Shown piece by piece: positions 27,501 through 36,832 of a stretch of DNA of 64,000 nucleotides. The notes below the pieces were generated by a model that was given only the letters and a program-made list of their open reading frames with translations, ran no database searches and was not told the origin of the DNA. The stretch comes from an uncultured bacterium. GTDB taxonomy: Bacteria > Margulisbacteria > WOR-1 > JAKLHX01. Made by a program: the position numbers and the translations under genes. The stretch covers positions 47,982 to 111,981 of the forward strand of contig CAZHHM010000002.1 in assembly GCA_964532225.1 (NCBI GenBank). Reading direction: 5' to 3'. How positions within the stretch are numbered: position 1 is the stretch's first letter; each line of letters starts with the position of its first letter.

Positions 27501-28787
27501 TTTCATATCGGGCAGCTTCCCTTCCTGAACATTCTTCTCGATAAAGTCCATCACTTCTTCCGGCATGAGCTCTGTCAAACAAGGGACTTTGTCATTGCAA
27601 GCCTTGTGGAACTCCTGTTTTTCGTAGCAATTGCTGCAGGGCATTTCATGCCTTACAGCAAGATGCTGGTACCCCCAAGGAGCGACATCATACGGGTCGG
27701 TAGGGCCGAATATTGTGATAACCGGGGTCCTTACAGCAGCAGAGACATGCGCCAGACCGGAATCATTGCTGATCATCAGGGCGCATCGTTTGATTATTGC
27801 CGCCGTTTCCATGATGCCGAATCCTTCAACTATGATCGCCCCCGGGACCAACGAAGCGAACCTGTCCACTTCTCCGTTCTCATTAGGTCCTCTGAAAATA
27901 AATGGACGGACGTTCGGATATCTGGCAGTCATCATTTTTCCTAGACTTATAAAATGATCTGACGGCCATCGCTTGAACTCGGCACTCCCTGCACCGCTCC
28001 CCATATGAAAACCGATATAATAATCATTTCTTGACCCTTCTATTCCCAAAAGGAACTTATCGGCAGCGGCATTCTGCTCTTCGGAAATATTCAGTGATGT
28101 CTCGATCTCACCAACCACTTCTTCTCCTATGTCAGAAAGAGAGGTGCCAGTAATGACAGAAAGATTCTTGAGCACTCTGTGGTAGCAGATCGGCATTTTA
28201 GTGTTTTCGTTGTTAAGGAAAGCAAGCAGATCATCACACCCCACCTCCCCTACTCGATACTTCACCCCTGCGAAGAAAGAAAGCAATCGGCTCCTGACAG
28301 TAGACCCGGAAGTGTCCATGACGCTAAGATCAAAGCGTTTAAAAGCAACACGCGCCCAGAATATGACCGGATCCAGCCAGAATAGGCCTCTGCCTTTTTT
28401 TATCGTTCCTGTTAAACAAGGGTTGCTCTCCATAATTTCTCGAGTTCTTTCGCTAACGACCGCGTAGATCGCGGCTTCGGGAAATCTCTGATGAAGTTGT
28501 TCGATGACCGGTGTTTGCATCACCCCATCTCCTAGACCCATCTTCGCCCAGTAAAGTATCTTCTTTACATTAAGCGTATTGATGTCAGCGCGTTCGTTAG
28601 CCGCTCTTATGACAGCTCTGAAAACTGGATTGTCGAAAAGAGTGCTCAGCATCCTTCTTTTTGCGGTCATTTCAACAGCGTAGTTCTGACGCGTATAAAT
28701 TGGCAGCTGGCGGTCCGCAGGGACTTTTCTCACAAATAATTGTTGGGAACGCCTTGCAGATCTTGCTTGTATAGACGGAAGAGCCAT
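27489..28787 (-). CDS. Glycosyltransferase family 9 (ADP-heptose:LPS heptosyltransferase-like)
   Basis: SNDSGLAHVSAAVRTPVITIFGPTDP motif typical of RfaF/WaaC-type GT9. Confidence 0.7.
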   Translation of the reverse strand: MALPSIQARSARRSQQLFVRKVPADRQLPIYTRQNYAVEMTAKRRMLSTLFDNPVFRAVIRAANERADINTLNVKKILYWAKMGLGDGVMQTPVIEQLHQRFPEAAIYAVVSERTREIMESNPCLTGTIKKGRGLFWLDPVIFWARVAFKRFDLSVMDTSGSTVRSRLLSFFAGVKYRVGEVGCDDLLAFLNNENTKMPICYHRVLKNLSVITGTSLSDIGEEVVGEIETSLNISEEQNAAADKFLLGIEGSRNDYYIGFHMGSGAGSAEFKRWPSDHFISLGKMMTARYPNVRPFIFRGPNENGEVDRFASLVPGAIIVEGFGIMETAAIIKRCALMISNDSGLAHVSAAVRTPVITIFGPTDPYDVAPWGYQHLAVRHEMPCSNCYEKQEFHKACNDKVPCLTELMPEEVMDFIEKNVQEGKLPDMKQRE

Positions 28788-28832
28788 TACCTATTTATCG
28801 TAAATAAATGAAAAAGATTTCAGGCCGTGAGG

Positions 28833-30077
28833 TCAGGCTTTCGCGGAAATATCGTACCGGCCGGACGAGCTTACTACCGCATTTACCAGCATTCCCGGTT
28901 TAAGAGGCTTTTTAGATCTGAGAAAGACCTTCCCGTCTATCTCCGGCGCGTCCCTGTAGGACCTGCCGTAGTATGAAGCGCCTTTCTTGCCCTCTATCAG
29001 CACCTCCAGCTTTTTGCCGATAAAAGACCTGTTCAGCTCTTTGGATATCCTCGCCTGTATCCCCATCAACTCCTTAATTCTTTCCTTCTTATCCTTATCC
29101 TTAACCTGCCCCTTCATCTTTGCCGCCGGGGTCCCCTCTTCCCTGCTGTAGGGAAAAGCTCCCAGCCTGTCGAACCAGGCCCTCTTCACGAAGTCCTTCA
29201 GCTCGTTGAAGTCCTTGGCGGATTCTCCCGGGAACCCCACTATAACCGAGGTCCTTATCGCTATGCCGGGTATACGGGTCCTTAGTTTGAGAATAAGCTC
29301 CTCAAGGTCCTTTCGTGAGTACTTCCTGTTCATTGCTTTCAAAATGCGGTCGCTTGCATGCTGAACAGGCAGGTCAATGTATTTCACTATCTTCTTTTCT
29401 TTTGCGATGACATCGATGACCTTATCGGTAAGATGATAAGGATGAGAGTACATGACCCTTATCCATTTCACTCCTTTGATCCGTGCGGTCTTTTTCAGTA
29501 TCTCTGGAAAATCCGGATGCGCTGTAGTGTCCTGAGCGACAAAGATGATCTCCTTCACCCCTCTTTTAGAGAGCCATTTCACCTCTTTCAGGACATCGGC
29601 CACGGTTCTTGTCCGCAAACGGCCCCTTATGGATGGGATCAGGCAGTATGCGCAGAGATTATTGCAGCCTTCGGATATCTTCACGTAAGCGAACCACGGC
29701 TGCGTCGCTTTTATCCTCGGCTCTTCACAGTTGTAAAGCTTAATACTGTCGACCACCCCGTCTATATTTTCTAATATCTTCCCTTCCTTAACTTTTGCCT
29801 TTTGACCTTTGCCTTTTGACTTAAGATACTTCGGCAAACACCCTGCAACCAGCAACTGCCCGCATTTGCCTTTTCCCTTCCACGCGGACATCTCTTCAAT
29901 GACAGCAAGTGATTCTTCCCTGGCCGACTTAAGGAATGAGCATGTGTTCACTATGATGGTATCAGCATCGGAGGGATCGCTGGTCAGCTCGTAGCCTTCC
30001 ATCCTGAGGTTCCCCATGATGACTTCGCTGTCGGTGAGGTTCTTTGGGCATCCGAGGCTTACGATGTGGGCTTTCAC
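28833..30077 (-). CDS. rimO: Ribosomal protein S12 methylthiotransferase RimO (radical SAM MTTase)
   Basis: HIVSLGCPKNLTDSE N-terminus, CxxxCxxC radical-SAM core (EGCNNLCAYCLIP), and C-terminal TRAM domain. Has a Lys-rich in-frame insertion (KSKGKGQKAKVKEGK). Confidence 0.85.
   Translation of the reverse strand: MKAHIVSLGCPKNLTDSEVIMGNLRMEGYELTSDPSDADTIIVNTCSFLKSAREESLAVIEEMSAWKGKGKCGQLLVAGCLPKYLKSKGKGQKAKVKEGKILENIDGVVDSIKLYNCEEPRIKATQPWFAYVKISEGCNNLCAYCLIPSIRGRLRTRTVADVLKEVKWLSKRGVKEIIFVAQDTTAHPDFPEILKKTARIKGVKWIRVMYSHPYHLTDKVIDVIAKEKKIVKYIDLPVQHASDRILKAMNRKYSRKDLEELILKLRTRIPGIAIRTSVIVGFPGESAKDFNELKDFVKRAWFDRLGAFPYSREEGTPAAKMKGQVKDKDKKERIKELMGIQARISKELNRSFIGKKLEVLIEGKKGASYYGRSYRDAPEIDGKVFLRSKKPLKPGMLVNAVVSSSGRYDISAKA
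29787..29820. repeat. Copy of the 33-nt gtcaaaaggcaaaggtcaaaaggcaaaagtt element inside the rimO coding sequence
   Basis: Reverse complement of 29787-29820 is near-identical to 12452-12485. It encodes the Lys-rich insertion. Confidence 0.7.
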
Positions 30078-30089
30078 ATAATGATTATA

Positions 30090-31406
30090 TCATTTGGCCT
30101 TGGTCAATTTCAGAGTAAGGACAGAGGAGCCCGTCTGGACCCGGCACAGGTACATACCCGACGGCATGTCGGTTCCTGCAGAGCTCTTTCCGTTCCAGAC
30201 GACCTCATGCCGACCCTGTTCCATTTGTCCCGAATGGACCTGTCTGACAAGTCTGCCCATGCTGTCGAATATCTGGACCCTGGTTTCCGCTCTTTTCGGG
30301 ATGGCAAATGTGATAGATGTGGAGCCGCTGAACGGGTTGGGATAGTTCTGGTAGATTTCCGGCCTCGTCGGGACACTGCACGGCTCTTCCGTTCCCGTTG
30401 TTATATCGCAGGCCAGATGGTCTTTTTCGAGGGTAAGCTTGTCCCTGTATGCCCCTTGGTCACCGAGCGTGTCGATCTTCCATTCCTTCTCTTTGTCCGA
30501 ATCAAAATACACATACCCGCTTATTCCACTCTTTACGGTGAACTCTACAAGGTCCCAGAGCCAGGCAGCCTTGCGCGGATCATCGGGCGTGGCGGTCTCG
30601 CCTATCATCATCGGTTTGCCCAGACCGGACAACTCGTCAAGCAGAGGCTTAAAAAGCTCCTCAGGGGATCTCCACGTATGCTGCTCGTCAAGCGTATTGT
30701 ATCCGTCCATGGCGACCCAGTCGACATAAGAGTCCCCCGGATAGTACTTTGTAGATCCCGGAAAATCGATGTTCGGGCACCATACCCATGTGACCTTATT
30801 AGCACCGGTCCTGTCAAATATATCCTTGACCCTTTGATACGCGGCTATATACAATGCGGGATCGGCATCGGCCCAAGGATATTTTCCGTCGCCTTTTACG
30901 TTCATCTCATGGCCGTACCTGATGAACATCGGCTTATCGAACGCCTTGACCTTGTTCGCCACTTTCTCTATGATCTGATCGCACTTTCCGGCAACAATAT
31001 TCTCGAGCGAATAATCGTTATTCGTCGCGTCATCGGGATCAAAGCTTTCCAGCGTGAGCATAGGGACGGCATTCCTCGAGGATATCATCTGGAACTCGTC
31101 CCACGGGAAATGGTCCCATTTGTCGATATATTTGAACGACAGGAATTCAAGAGCGATATCTATCTTCTGTCCTGACATCGACTCAAAAGCATCGACCTTC
31201 TGTGCGGTAACGGGAGAACCGGGGAAGAAACCGTGATAAATGCAGCCGGGCTGCGGAACGATAACGGTCCTGTCGCCCACCGGCTTGACGCTCACCGGAC
31301 CGTTCAGGGCCGAGAGCCCTGAGAATATCCCGCCGCTTACGAACTGTCTGTTAAAGATGTCAATTCTCATCGAAGACCTCTTTCTCCATGAACCTGTACG
31401 CCTCAA
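30090..31406 (-). CDS. Glycoside hydrolase family 26-like (beta-mannanase-type) with C-terminal Por_Secre_tail/FlgD-Ig-like domain
   Basis: FIRYGHEMN and WVWCPN motifs are reminiscent of GH26. The C-terminal NYPNPFSGSTSITFAIP…IFDSMGRLV CTD is also present. Confidence 0.6.
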   Translation of the reverse strand: MRRTGSWRKRSSMRIDIFNRQFVSGGIFSGLSALNGPVSVKPVGDRTVIVPQPGCIYHGFFPGSPVTAQKVDAFESMSGQKIDIALEFLSFKYIDKWDHFPWDEFQMISSRNAVPMLTLESFDPDDATNNDYSLENIVAGKCDQIIEKVANKVKAFDKPMFIRYGHEMNVKGDGKYPWADADPALYIAAYQRVKDIFDRTGANKVTWVWCPNIDFPGSTKYYPGDSYVDWVAMDGYNTLDEQHTWRSPEELFKPLLDELSGLGKPMMIGETATPDDPRKAAWLWDLVEFTVKSGISGYVYFDSDKEKEWKIDTLGDQGAYRDKLTLEKDHLACDITTGTEEPCSVPTRPEIYQNYPNPFSGSTSITFAIPKRAETRVQIFDSMGRLVRQVHSGQMEQGRHEVVWNGKSSAGTDMPSGMYLCRVQTGSSVLTLKLTKAK

Positions 31407-32184
31407 GAAGCGAAGTATTGCCGTGCCTTGCCGCCTTTTCGGCTACCGACCTGAACTCCTCTCTTTTGTCATAGAACCATTCATAGGCCCAGGCGAACTT
31501 CTCGAGCGGGTTCTTGTCCCACGGCGCCTTGGTCTTGTCCGGAAGCTCAATAAAGATCTCGCCGAAAACGTCCTGCTCTTTTGAGAGCGAGTTGAGACTG
31601 AACCTGTCCCAGACAGTTTCCCACTCTTTGTGGGGCACGTCAAGCTTTTTCACTCCGAACTGGTACATCCTGTTGCCGCTGAAGAACATCCTTCTCATCT
31701 CGGTCATGTTCCAGCCCCCGTTCTTCACGAAATCCATGAAGCGGCTGAACGCCAGATTAAAGTGGTTCACCGCGTGGCCGACCTCGTGCACAAGCACTTC
31801 GGGTATCATTTCGGGAGCTATGCCGTCGAACAGATACACCCTTTTCTCCTCGGCCACATACGCCCCTTCTGCGTGAACAAGAGCGTTCTTCAGGAGCTTT
31901 ACCTTGATCTCCTTGTTCTTTACTATCTGCTTGACCCCGATAAGATGGTTCTTCTTTTTTTTCTTAATGTCCTTCAAGACCTCTTCGACAACAAGAAGTT
32001 CGGCTTTTGAGAACTTCACGTCGCTGTCCAGCACCTCTATGCCGAAGTCCCGTAGCACTCTCTGCCTTATCTCGATGCCCGCAGGGACATGCACGGGCAC
32101 AGGTTCTCCCGGCATCCCTACCCTGAAAGGCAGGGAAGCATTTACAGGTGACGTTCCGACCGCACCTATCCTTGAGATGGTCAT
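31360..32184 (-). CDS. Putative zinc metallopeptidase (HEXXH)
   Basis: VLVHEVGHAVNHF motif. Otherwise unrecognised. Confidence 0.4.
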   Translation of the reverse strand: MTISRIGAVGTSPVNASLPFRVGMPGEPVPVHVPAGIEIRQRVLRDFGIEVLDSDVKFSKAELLVVEEVLKDIKKKKKNHLIGVKQIVKNKEIKVKLLKNALVHAEGAYVAEEKRVYLFDGIAPEMIPEVLVHEVGHAVNHFNLAFSRFMDFVKNGGWNMTEMRRMFFSGNRMYQFGVKKLDVPHKEWETVWDRFSLNSLSKEQDVFGEIFIELPDKTKAPWDKNPLEKFAWAYEWFYDKREEFRSVAEKAARHGNTSLLEAYRFMEKEVFDEN

Positions 32185-32237
32185 AGTACCGCCTTTGAAT
32201 ATATATCGATATAACTATGGTGTAAATTGCGCGTAAT

Positions 32238-33104
32238 TCAGCGCTGGACCATGGTGCCGATACCGAAATCCGTGAAGATCTCCAGCAGGATGGCATGGGG
32301 TATCCTGCCGTCGATTATATGGACCTTTTCAACGCCCGCCTTAAGGGCTGTTAGGCCGCATCTGACCTTGGGGATCATTCCTCCGGAGATGGTACCGTTC
32401 TTGATGAGGCGGCGCGTCTTTGAGGCATTTATCAGTGACACCAGCTTGCCTTTGCGGTCGAGCACTCCTCTGACATTGGTCAGCAATATAAGCTTTGTTG
32501 CCTGCAGGGAGGCAGCGATCTCCGCTGCGGCAATATCGGCGTTCACGTTGTAAACGTTACCTTTTCCGTCCAGTCCGATCGAAGAGATCACCGGTATTTT
32601 GCCTTTTGAGGTTATCTCGTTCAGTGTCTTTCCGTCGATGCTCTTTACGTCACCTACGAACCCGAGGTCTATCTTCTGCCCTTTCCTGACGATAGCCCTT
32701 TTCTTTACCTTTATGACCTTCCCCTTTTTGCCTGATATGCCCCTTGCGGCCCCGCCGTTCCGGTTGATCATACTGACGATACCGGCATTGATCCTTCCGA
32801 GCACTTTTTCTACTATCTCCATGGTCTCTTTGTCGGTGTACCTTAGGCCTTCGATGAACTTGACCTCGATCTTTTTCTTTTTAAGTTCTTTGGTGATATC
32901 AGGACCGCCACCGTGTATCAGTATCGGGCGCATCCCCACGAACCTTAAGAGGACAACATCTTCGATCACTTTGGCCTTGAGGGCCTTGTCCACCATGGCA
33001 TTGCCGCCGTATTTGATGACAATACTTTTTCCGTAGAACTTCTTGAGATAAGGGAGAGCTTCGATGACCGTTTCGGCGCGTTTGATCAAGCCTTCAAATA
33101 CCAT
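32238..33104 (-). CDS. argB: Acetylglutamate kinase
   Basis: SIVIKYGGNAM…ILIHGGGP motifs. Confidence 0.9.
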   Translation of the reverse strand: MVFEGLIKRAETVIEALPYLKKFYGKSIVIKYGGNAMVDKALKAKVIEDVVLLRFVGMRPILIHGGGPDITKELKKKKIEVKFIEGLRYTDKETMEIVEKVLGRINAGIVSMINRNGGAARGISGKKGKVIKVKKRAIVRKGQKIDLGFVGDVKSIDGKTLNEITSKGKIPVISSIGLDGKGNVYNVNADIAAAEIAASLQATKLILLTNVRGVLDRKGKLVSLINASKTRRLIKNGTISGGMIPKVRCGLTALKAGVEKVHIIDGRIPHAILLEIFTDFGIGTMVQR

Positions 33105-33115
33105 TTATTCCTCCG

Positions 33116-34333
33116 TTAGGTATGATACAGGGCGTTGATCTTGATGTAACCTTCCGTCATGTCGCAGCCCCAGGCGGTCGCCCCGTTATTACCGCCTTTA
33201 AGGTCAATGTTAAAGGTCACTTCTTTCTTCTTCATAAGCTCGGAGGCTTTGTGGTGGTCAAAGGCCACTGGAACGCCTTTTTTAACGATCTTTTCACGTT
33301 CTATCGACACTTCTATCTTGTCCGGATCAAATTCAGCGCCGGAATATCCGGCCGCTGCCAGTATCCTGCCGATGTTAGGGTCGGCCCCGTACACGGCGCA
33401 TTTTACAAGACTGGAACCTGCTACCGACCTGGCGGCCTTTGCTGCGTCCTGGGCCGTTCTTGCCCCTGTCACATTGACCGTTATAAGCCTGGTAGCTCCC
33501 TCTCCGTCCTTCGCTATCTCTCTGGCAAGAAATCTGCAGACATGCTCAAGAGCTTCCTGGAAGACCCTGTACCCTGCACCCCGCACACTTTGCCCCGATG
33601 CCCCGTTAGCCATAGCAAGTACACAGTCATTGGTGCTCGTATCGTTGTCCACCGTTATCATATTGAACGTTCTCTCGGTCGCCGCTAAGATCGCTTTTCG
33701 GAACGACATCTTGTCGATGACCGCATCGGTCGTTATCACGCAGATCATTGTCCCCATGTTGGGCGCTATCATACCGGAGCCCTTTGCCATAGCGCCTATC
33801 CTGACCTCTTTGCCTTTTCCGAAAGGAATGCTCACAGCGATCTCTTTCCTGGTCAGGTCCGTGGTCATGATGGCCTCTGCCGCGTCAGAGTGGCCGGTCT
33901 TTGCATAGATCATCCTTGATGCGGCCCATATGCCGCCGGTTATCTTCTTGATGGGCAGGGGAACCCCGATTATGCCCGTAGAGGCGACAAATACTTTTGA
34001 AGGATCCGTCCTGAAGGTCTCGGCCACCGCTTTTGCCATGGTCTTTGCGTCTTCCATGCCCTGTTTTCCGGTACAGGCGTTGGCATTCCCGGAGTTGATG
34101 ATGACAGCGTTGGCGACCCCTCTCTTGGCCACTTCGGCCGAGAGGATCACCGGAGCCGCTTTTACCCTGTTCTTTGTAAAAACCCCGGCCGCAACGGCGG
34201 TCTTTGATGAATAGACAAGAGCAATATCTTTTTTCTTAGAGCGTTTTAGCCCGGCAGAAAGGCCTGTCGCGAAAAAATCTTTCGGGGCGGCTACCCCTCC
34301 GTCAATTTCGGAGAATTTTACCGGTTTCTTCAT
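33116..34333 (-). CDS. argJ: Bifunctional glutamate N-acetyltransferase / amino-acid acetyltransferase ArgJ
   Basis: ATERTFNMITVDNDTSTNDCVLAMANG, with the self-cleavage site region conserved. Confidence 0.9.
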   Translation of the reverse strand: MKKPVKFSEIDGGVAAPKDFFATGLSAGLKRSKKKDIALVYSSKTAVAAGVFTKNRVKAAPVILSAEVAKRGVANAVIINSGNANACTGKQGMEDAKTMAKAVAETFRTDPSKVFVASTGIIGVPLPIKKITGGIWAASRMIYAKTGHSDAAEAIMTTDLTRKEIAVSIPFGKGKEVRIGAMAKGSGMIAPNMGTMICVITTDAVIDKMSFRKAILAATERTFNMITVDNDTSTNDCVLAMANGASGQSVRGAGYRVFQEALEHVCRFLAREIAKDGEGATRLITVNVTGARTAQDAAKAARSVAGSSLVKCAVYGADPNIGRILAAAGYSGAEFDPDKIEVSIEREKIVKKGVPVAFDHHKASELMKKKEVTFNIDLKGGNNGATAWGCDMTEGYIKINALYHT

Positions 34334-35376
34334 GGATAGACCGGCATATTGTTCAGGCCGGACTTTTCGTCAAGTCCGAACATTATGTTCATGTTCTGTA
34401 CTGCCTGTCCTGATGCACCCTTTACCAGATTGTCTATGGCTGACATAACCACAACGCGTCCCGTTCGCTCGTCGGTGAACAGGCCGATATCGCAGTAATT
34501 CGAGCCGCTCACGTATTTGGTCGCGGGATATTTGTTCGCGCCCAGGACACGCACGAACTTCGCGTCCTTGTAGAAATCCTTGTACATCGCGGCAATGTCT
34601 TCCGCTTTGGCGAACTTCTTGAGCTTGGCATATATCGTTGCCAGTATGCCCCTGTTCATCGGGATAAGGTGGGGAGTGAAGCTGGTCACGATATTCTCGC
34701 CCGAAGCATCGGAGAGTATCTGGTCTATCTCCGGAGTATGCCGGTGATGAGGAGCGGCATAAGCCCGCAGGTTCTCGTTGCATTCGGGGAAATGGGTGAT
34801 ATCGGTCAGGACCGACCCGGCGCCTGACACGCCGCTTTTCGCGTCTATGACCAGAGTACCCGTGTCAACCAGCTTATTAACGACAAGAGGAAGCGTTCCG
34901 AGTATGGAAGCCGTGGGATAGCATCCGGGATTCGAGAGCAAACGCGCTTTCTTTATCTTTTCTTTGTGGATCTCAGGCAGACCGTAGACAGCCTCTTTCA
35001 CCAGTTCTTTGCTTGCATGGTCTATCTTGTACCACTTTGTGTATTCCTGCATGTCCCTGATACGGTAGTCGGCGCTTATGTCTATGGCCTTCTTGCCTTT
35101 TTCAAGGATCATCGGGGCCAGCTTCATCGCAAGGCCGTTTGGCAGAGCGAGGAACACAACGTCCGCTTTGTCGATAAGACCCGATATGTCGGGCCCGTTG
35201 CAGGCAAGGTCGCTTATGCCCGCTATCGAGGGACGGATATCGGAAAGCTTCTTTCCCTTGTGCGCTTCTTCACTGGATATCCAGACAAGTTCAGCTTCGG
35301 GATGCACCTGAAGTATCTGTACAATCCCTAATCCCGCGTATCCCGCCGCTCCTACTACTGCCGCTTTTACTTTCAA
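34330..35376 (-). CDS. argC: N-acetyl-gamma-glutamyl-phosphate reductase
   Basis: VKAAVVGAAGYAGLGIVQIL N-terminus, catalytic Cys region (NPGCYPT). Confidence 0.9.
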   Translation of the reverse strand: MKVKAAVVGAAGYAGLGIVQILQVHPEAELVWISSEEAHKGKKLSDIRPSIAGISDLACNGPDISGLIDKADVVFLALPNGLAMKLAPMILEKGKKAIDISADYRIRDMQEYTKWYKIDHASKELVKEAVYGLPEIHKEKIKKARLLSNPGCYPTASILGTLPLVVNKLVDTGTLVIDAKSGVSGAGSVLTDITHFPECNENLRAYAAPHHRHTPEIDQILSDASGENIVTSFTPHLIPMNRGILATIYAKLKKFAKAEDIAAMYKDFYKDAKFVRVLGANKYPATKYVSGSNYCDIGLFTDERTGRVVVMSAIDNLVKGASGQAVQNMNIMFGLDEKSGLNNMPVYP

Positions 35377-35458
35377 TTCGTTCCTCCCGATATATTAGTT
35401 GAACAATTAATAAAGAAATTATAATGCATTTGCCGGAGATTTTGTAGTGATTTTTTCT

Positions 35459-35965
35459 TCAGTGGTGCCTAATTACCTGAAATCGCGAGAGCTCTATCTT
35501 TTCATGCTCGCCTATACCGGCCTTCATCCTGCATATCCTTATCTGCTGTTCCGGTGTGTCCACTCCCTCAAGGTCAGGCAGGAGCAGCCCTCTTTTGTAA
35601 CCGGACCTTACGATGACACCGTATTTTTTAGGGTCAAGGTCCTCTATAACGGCGGGTTCGGGTTCTGACAGGACATCGACCGAAATTTCAAGCAATGGCA
35701 TTTCAGAGATCTCGACCGGCGGGAACCTCGGGTCCTCTTCGGCAGCTGAAACGGCGTTCGAGATTATTTCCTCGGCGATATTGCCTCTGGTCGGAAGGAA
35801 AGTCCCGATGCAGCCTCTCAAGTCCCCTGATTTATGGATGGAGACGAATACCCCGGCGCGGCCTTCCATCCCTTCAGGGACATTGTCCCCGATATCAAGC
35901 CGGCCCTTTCCGCCGAGGTGGTGCTCTATTGCCCGCTTTGCCAGTTGAACAAAGCTGTCAGGCAT
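35459..35965 (-). CDS. AMMECR1 domain protein
   Basis: GVFVSIHKSGDLRGCIGT motif. Confidence 0.8.
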   Translation of the reverse strand: MPDSFVQLAKRAIEHHLGGKGRLDIGDNVPEGMEGRAGVFVSIHKSGDLRGCIGTFLPTRGNIAEEIISNAVSAAEEDPRFPPVEISEMPLLEISVDVLSEPEPAVIEDLDPKKYGVIVRSGYKRGLLLPDLEGVDTPEQQIRICRMKAGIGEHEKIELSRFQVIRHH

Positions 35966-36772
35966 TTATTTGACCTCATATCCGGCGACCAGATATCCGA
36001 CCCCGAAAGGACCCTCATAGCTGAGCACCTTATGCTCGTATCTGAGTCCGTCAAGGCATCCCAGCAGAATTGCAATGGACCAAAGAGCGTCCTGACCCGC
36101 GACATCGGCAAGCACATTGTCAAAGTCAAGGATGCCCATTATGTCATTGTCAGATACCAGCTGCACGAGCTTTTCGTCAAAGACCTTCCCGCGCGGGTGG
36201 AAACCTGCGGGTGCGCCCTGGATAAGGCGGTGCGAAAGGTCCGCGGAAGCTATCACAGCGACGTTCCTGCCTGAAGCCTCTACCGCTATCCTGACCGCCT
36301 TTCCAAAACGGAAAAGGTCCTTTAGTGTCATGATAGAGATCGCTATAGGGAGCACTTTTGTCCCTTCACTGAGCCTGCCTATCCCAGCCAGCGGGACCAT
36401 TACTCCGTGGTCAAGGACTGTCTCATCGAGCTTGTCGGCGAATATGCCGGACGCGAGAGAATGTTTTACAATATCGGTGGCCAGTTCCGGGTCTCCCTGC
36501 GCCTTAACAACGGCCTTCGGTACGCCGAACTGCGCGAAATCACCCTCAAAAGAAGAGCTTGAATAGACTCGGAGCTTTGACGGAGAGATGTCCCCGTGAG
36601 GAGTGATGACGATGATCGTATCGGGCGACAGGGAGAACATCTTCTCCCCTGCCTGGGCAAGCGCCTGCCGCGTGGCATTGATCTGCTCAAGACGATCCCC
36701 TCCTACCTCAGGGACCAGTATCGGAGGATGAGGCGCGATAAGCCCGTAGGATATCTTTCCCATATGAAGCAA
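35966..36772 (-). CDS. Memo/LigB-like class III extradiol dioxygenase family protein (AmmeMemoRadiSam system protein B-like)
   Basis: YGLIAPHPPILVPEVGG…IVITPHG His-rich motifs. Adjacent to AMMECR1. Confidence 0.55.
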   Translation of the reverse strand: MLHMGKISYGLIAPHPPILVPEVGGDRLEQINATRQALAQAGEKMFSLSPDTIIVITPHGDISPSKLRVYSSSSFEGDFAQFGVPKAVVKAQGDPELATDIVKHSLASGIFADKLDETVLDHGVMVPLAGIGRLSEGTKVLPIAISIMTLKDLFRFGKAVRIAVEASGRNVAVIASADLSHRLIQGAPAGFHPRGKVFDEKLVQLVSDNDIMGILDFDNVLADVAGQDALWSIAILLGCLDGLRYEHKVLSYEGPFGVGYLVAGYEVK

Positions 36773-36820
36773 ATTATACCGAATCAGCGCCCCATTTCAA
36801 GTTTTCGCGTAAATATTTGT

Positions 36821-36826
36821 TATAAT
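36821..36826 (+). promoter_or_regulatory. TATAAT hexamer 6 nt upstream of the ATG at 36833 (possible leaderless transcript)
   Basis: The sequence tgttataatcggtctATG was seen directly. Confidence 0.25.
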
Positions 36827-36832
36827 CGGTCT

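Noticed and set aside
27293-27944. ORFs 27293-27484 (-) and 27399-27944 (+) in the GA/CT-rich palindrome
   Set aside because: Their translations are low-complexity (PLSP… / EGK…) and arise from the homopurine/homopyrimidine repeat, and the + ORF is antisense to the GT9 gene.
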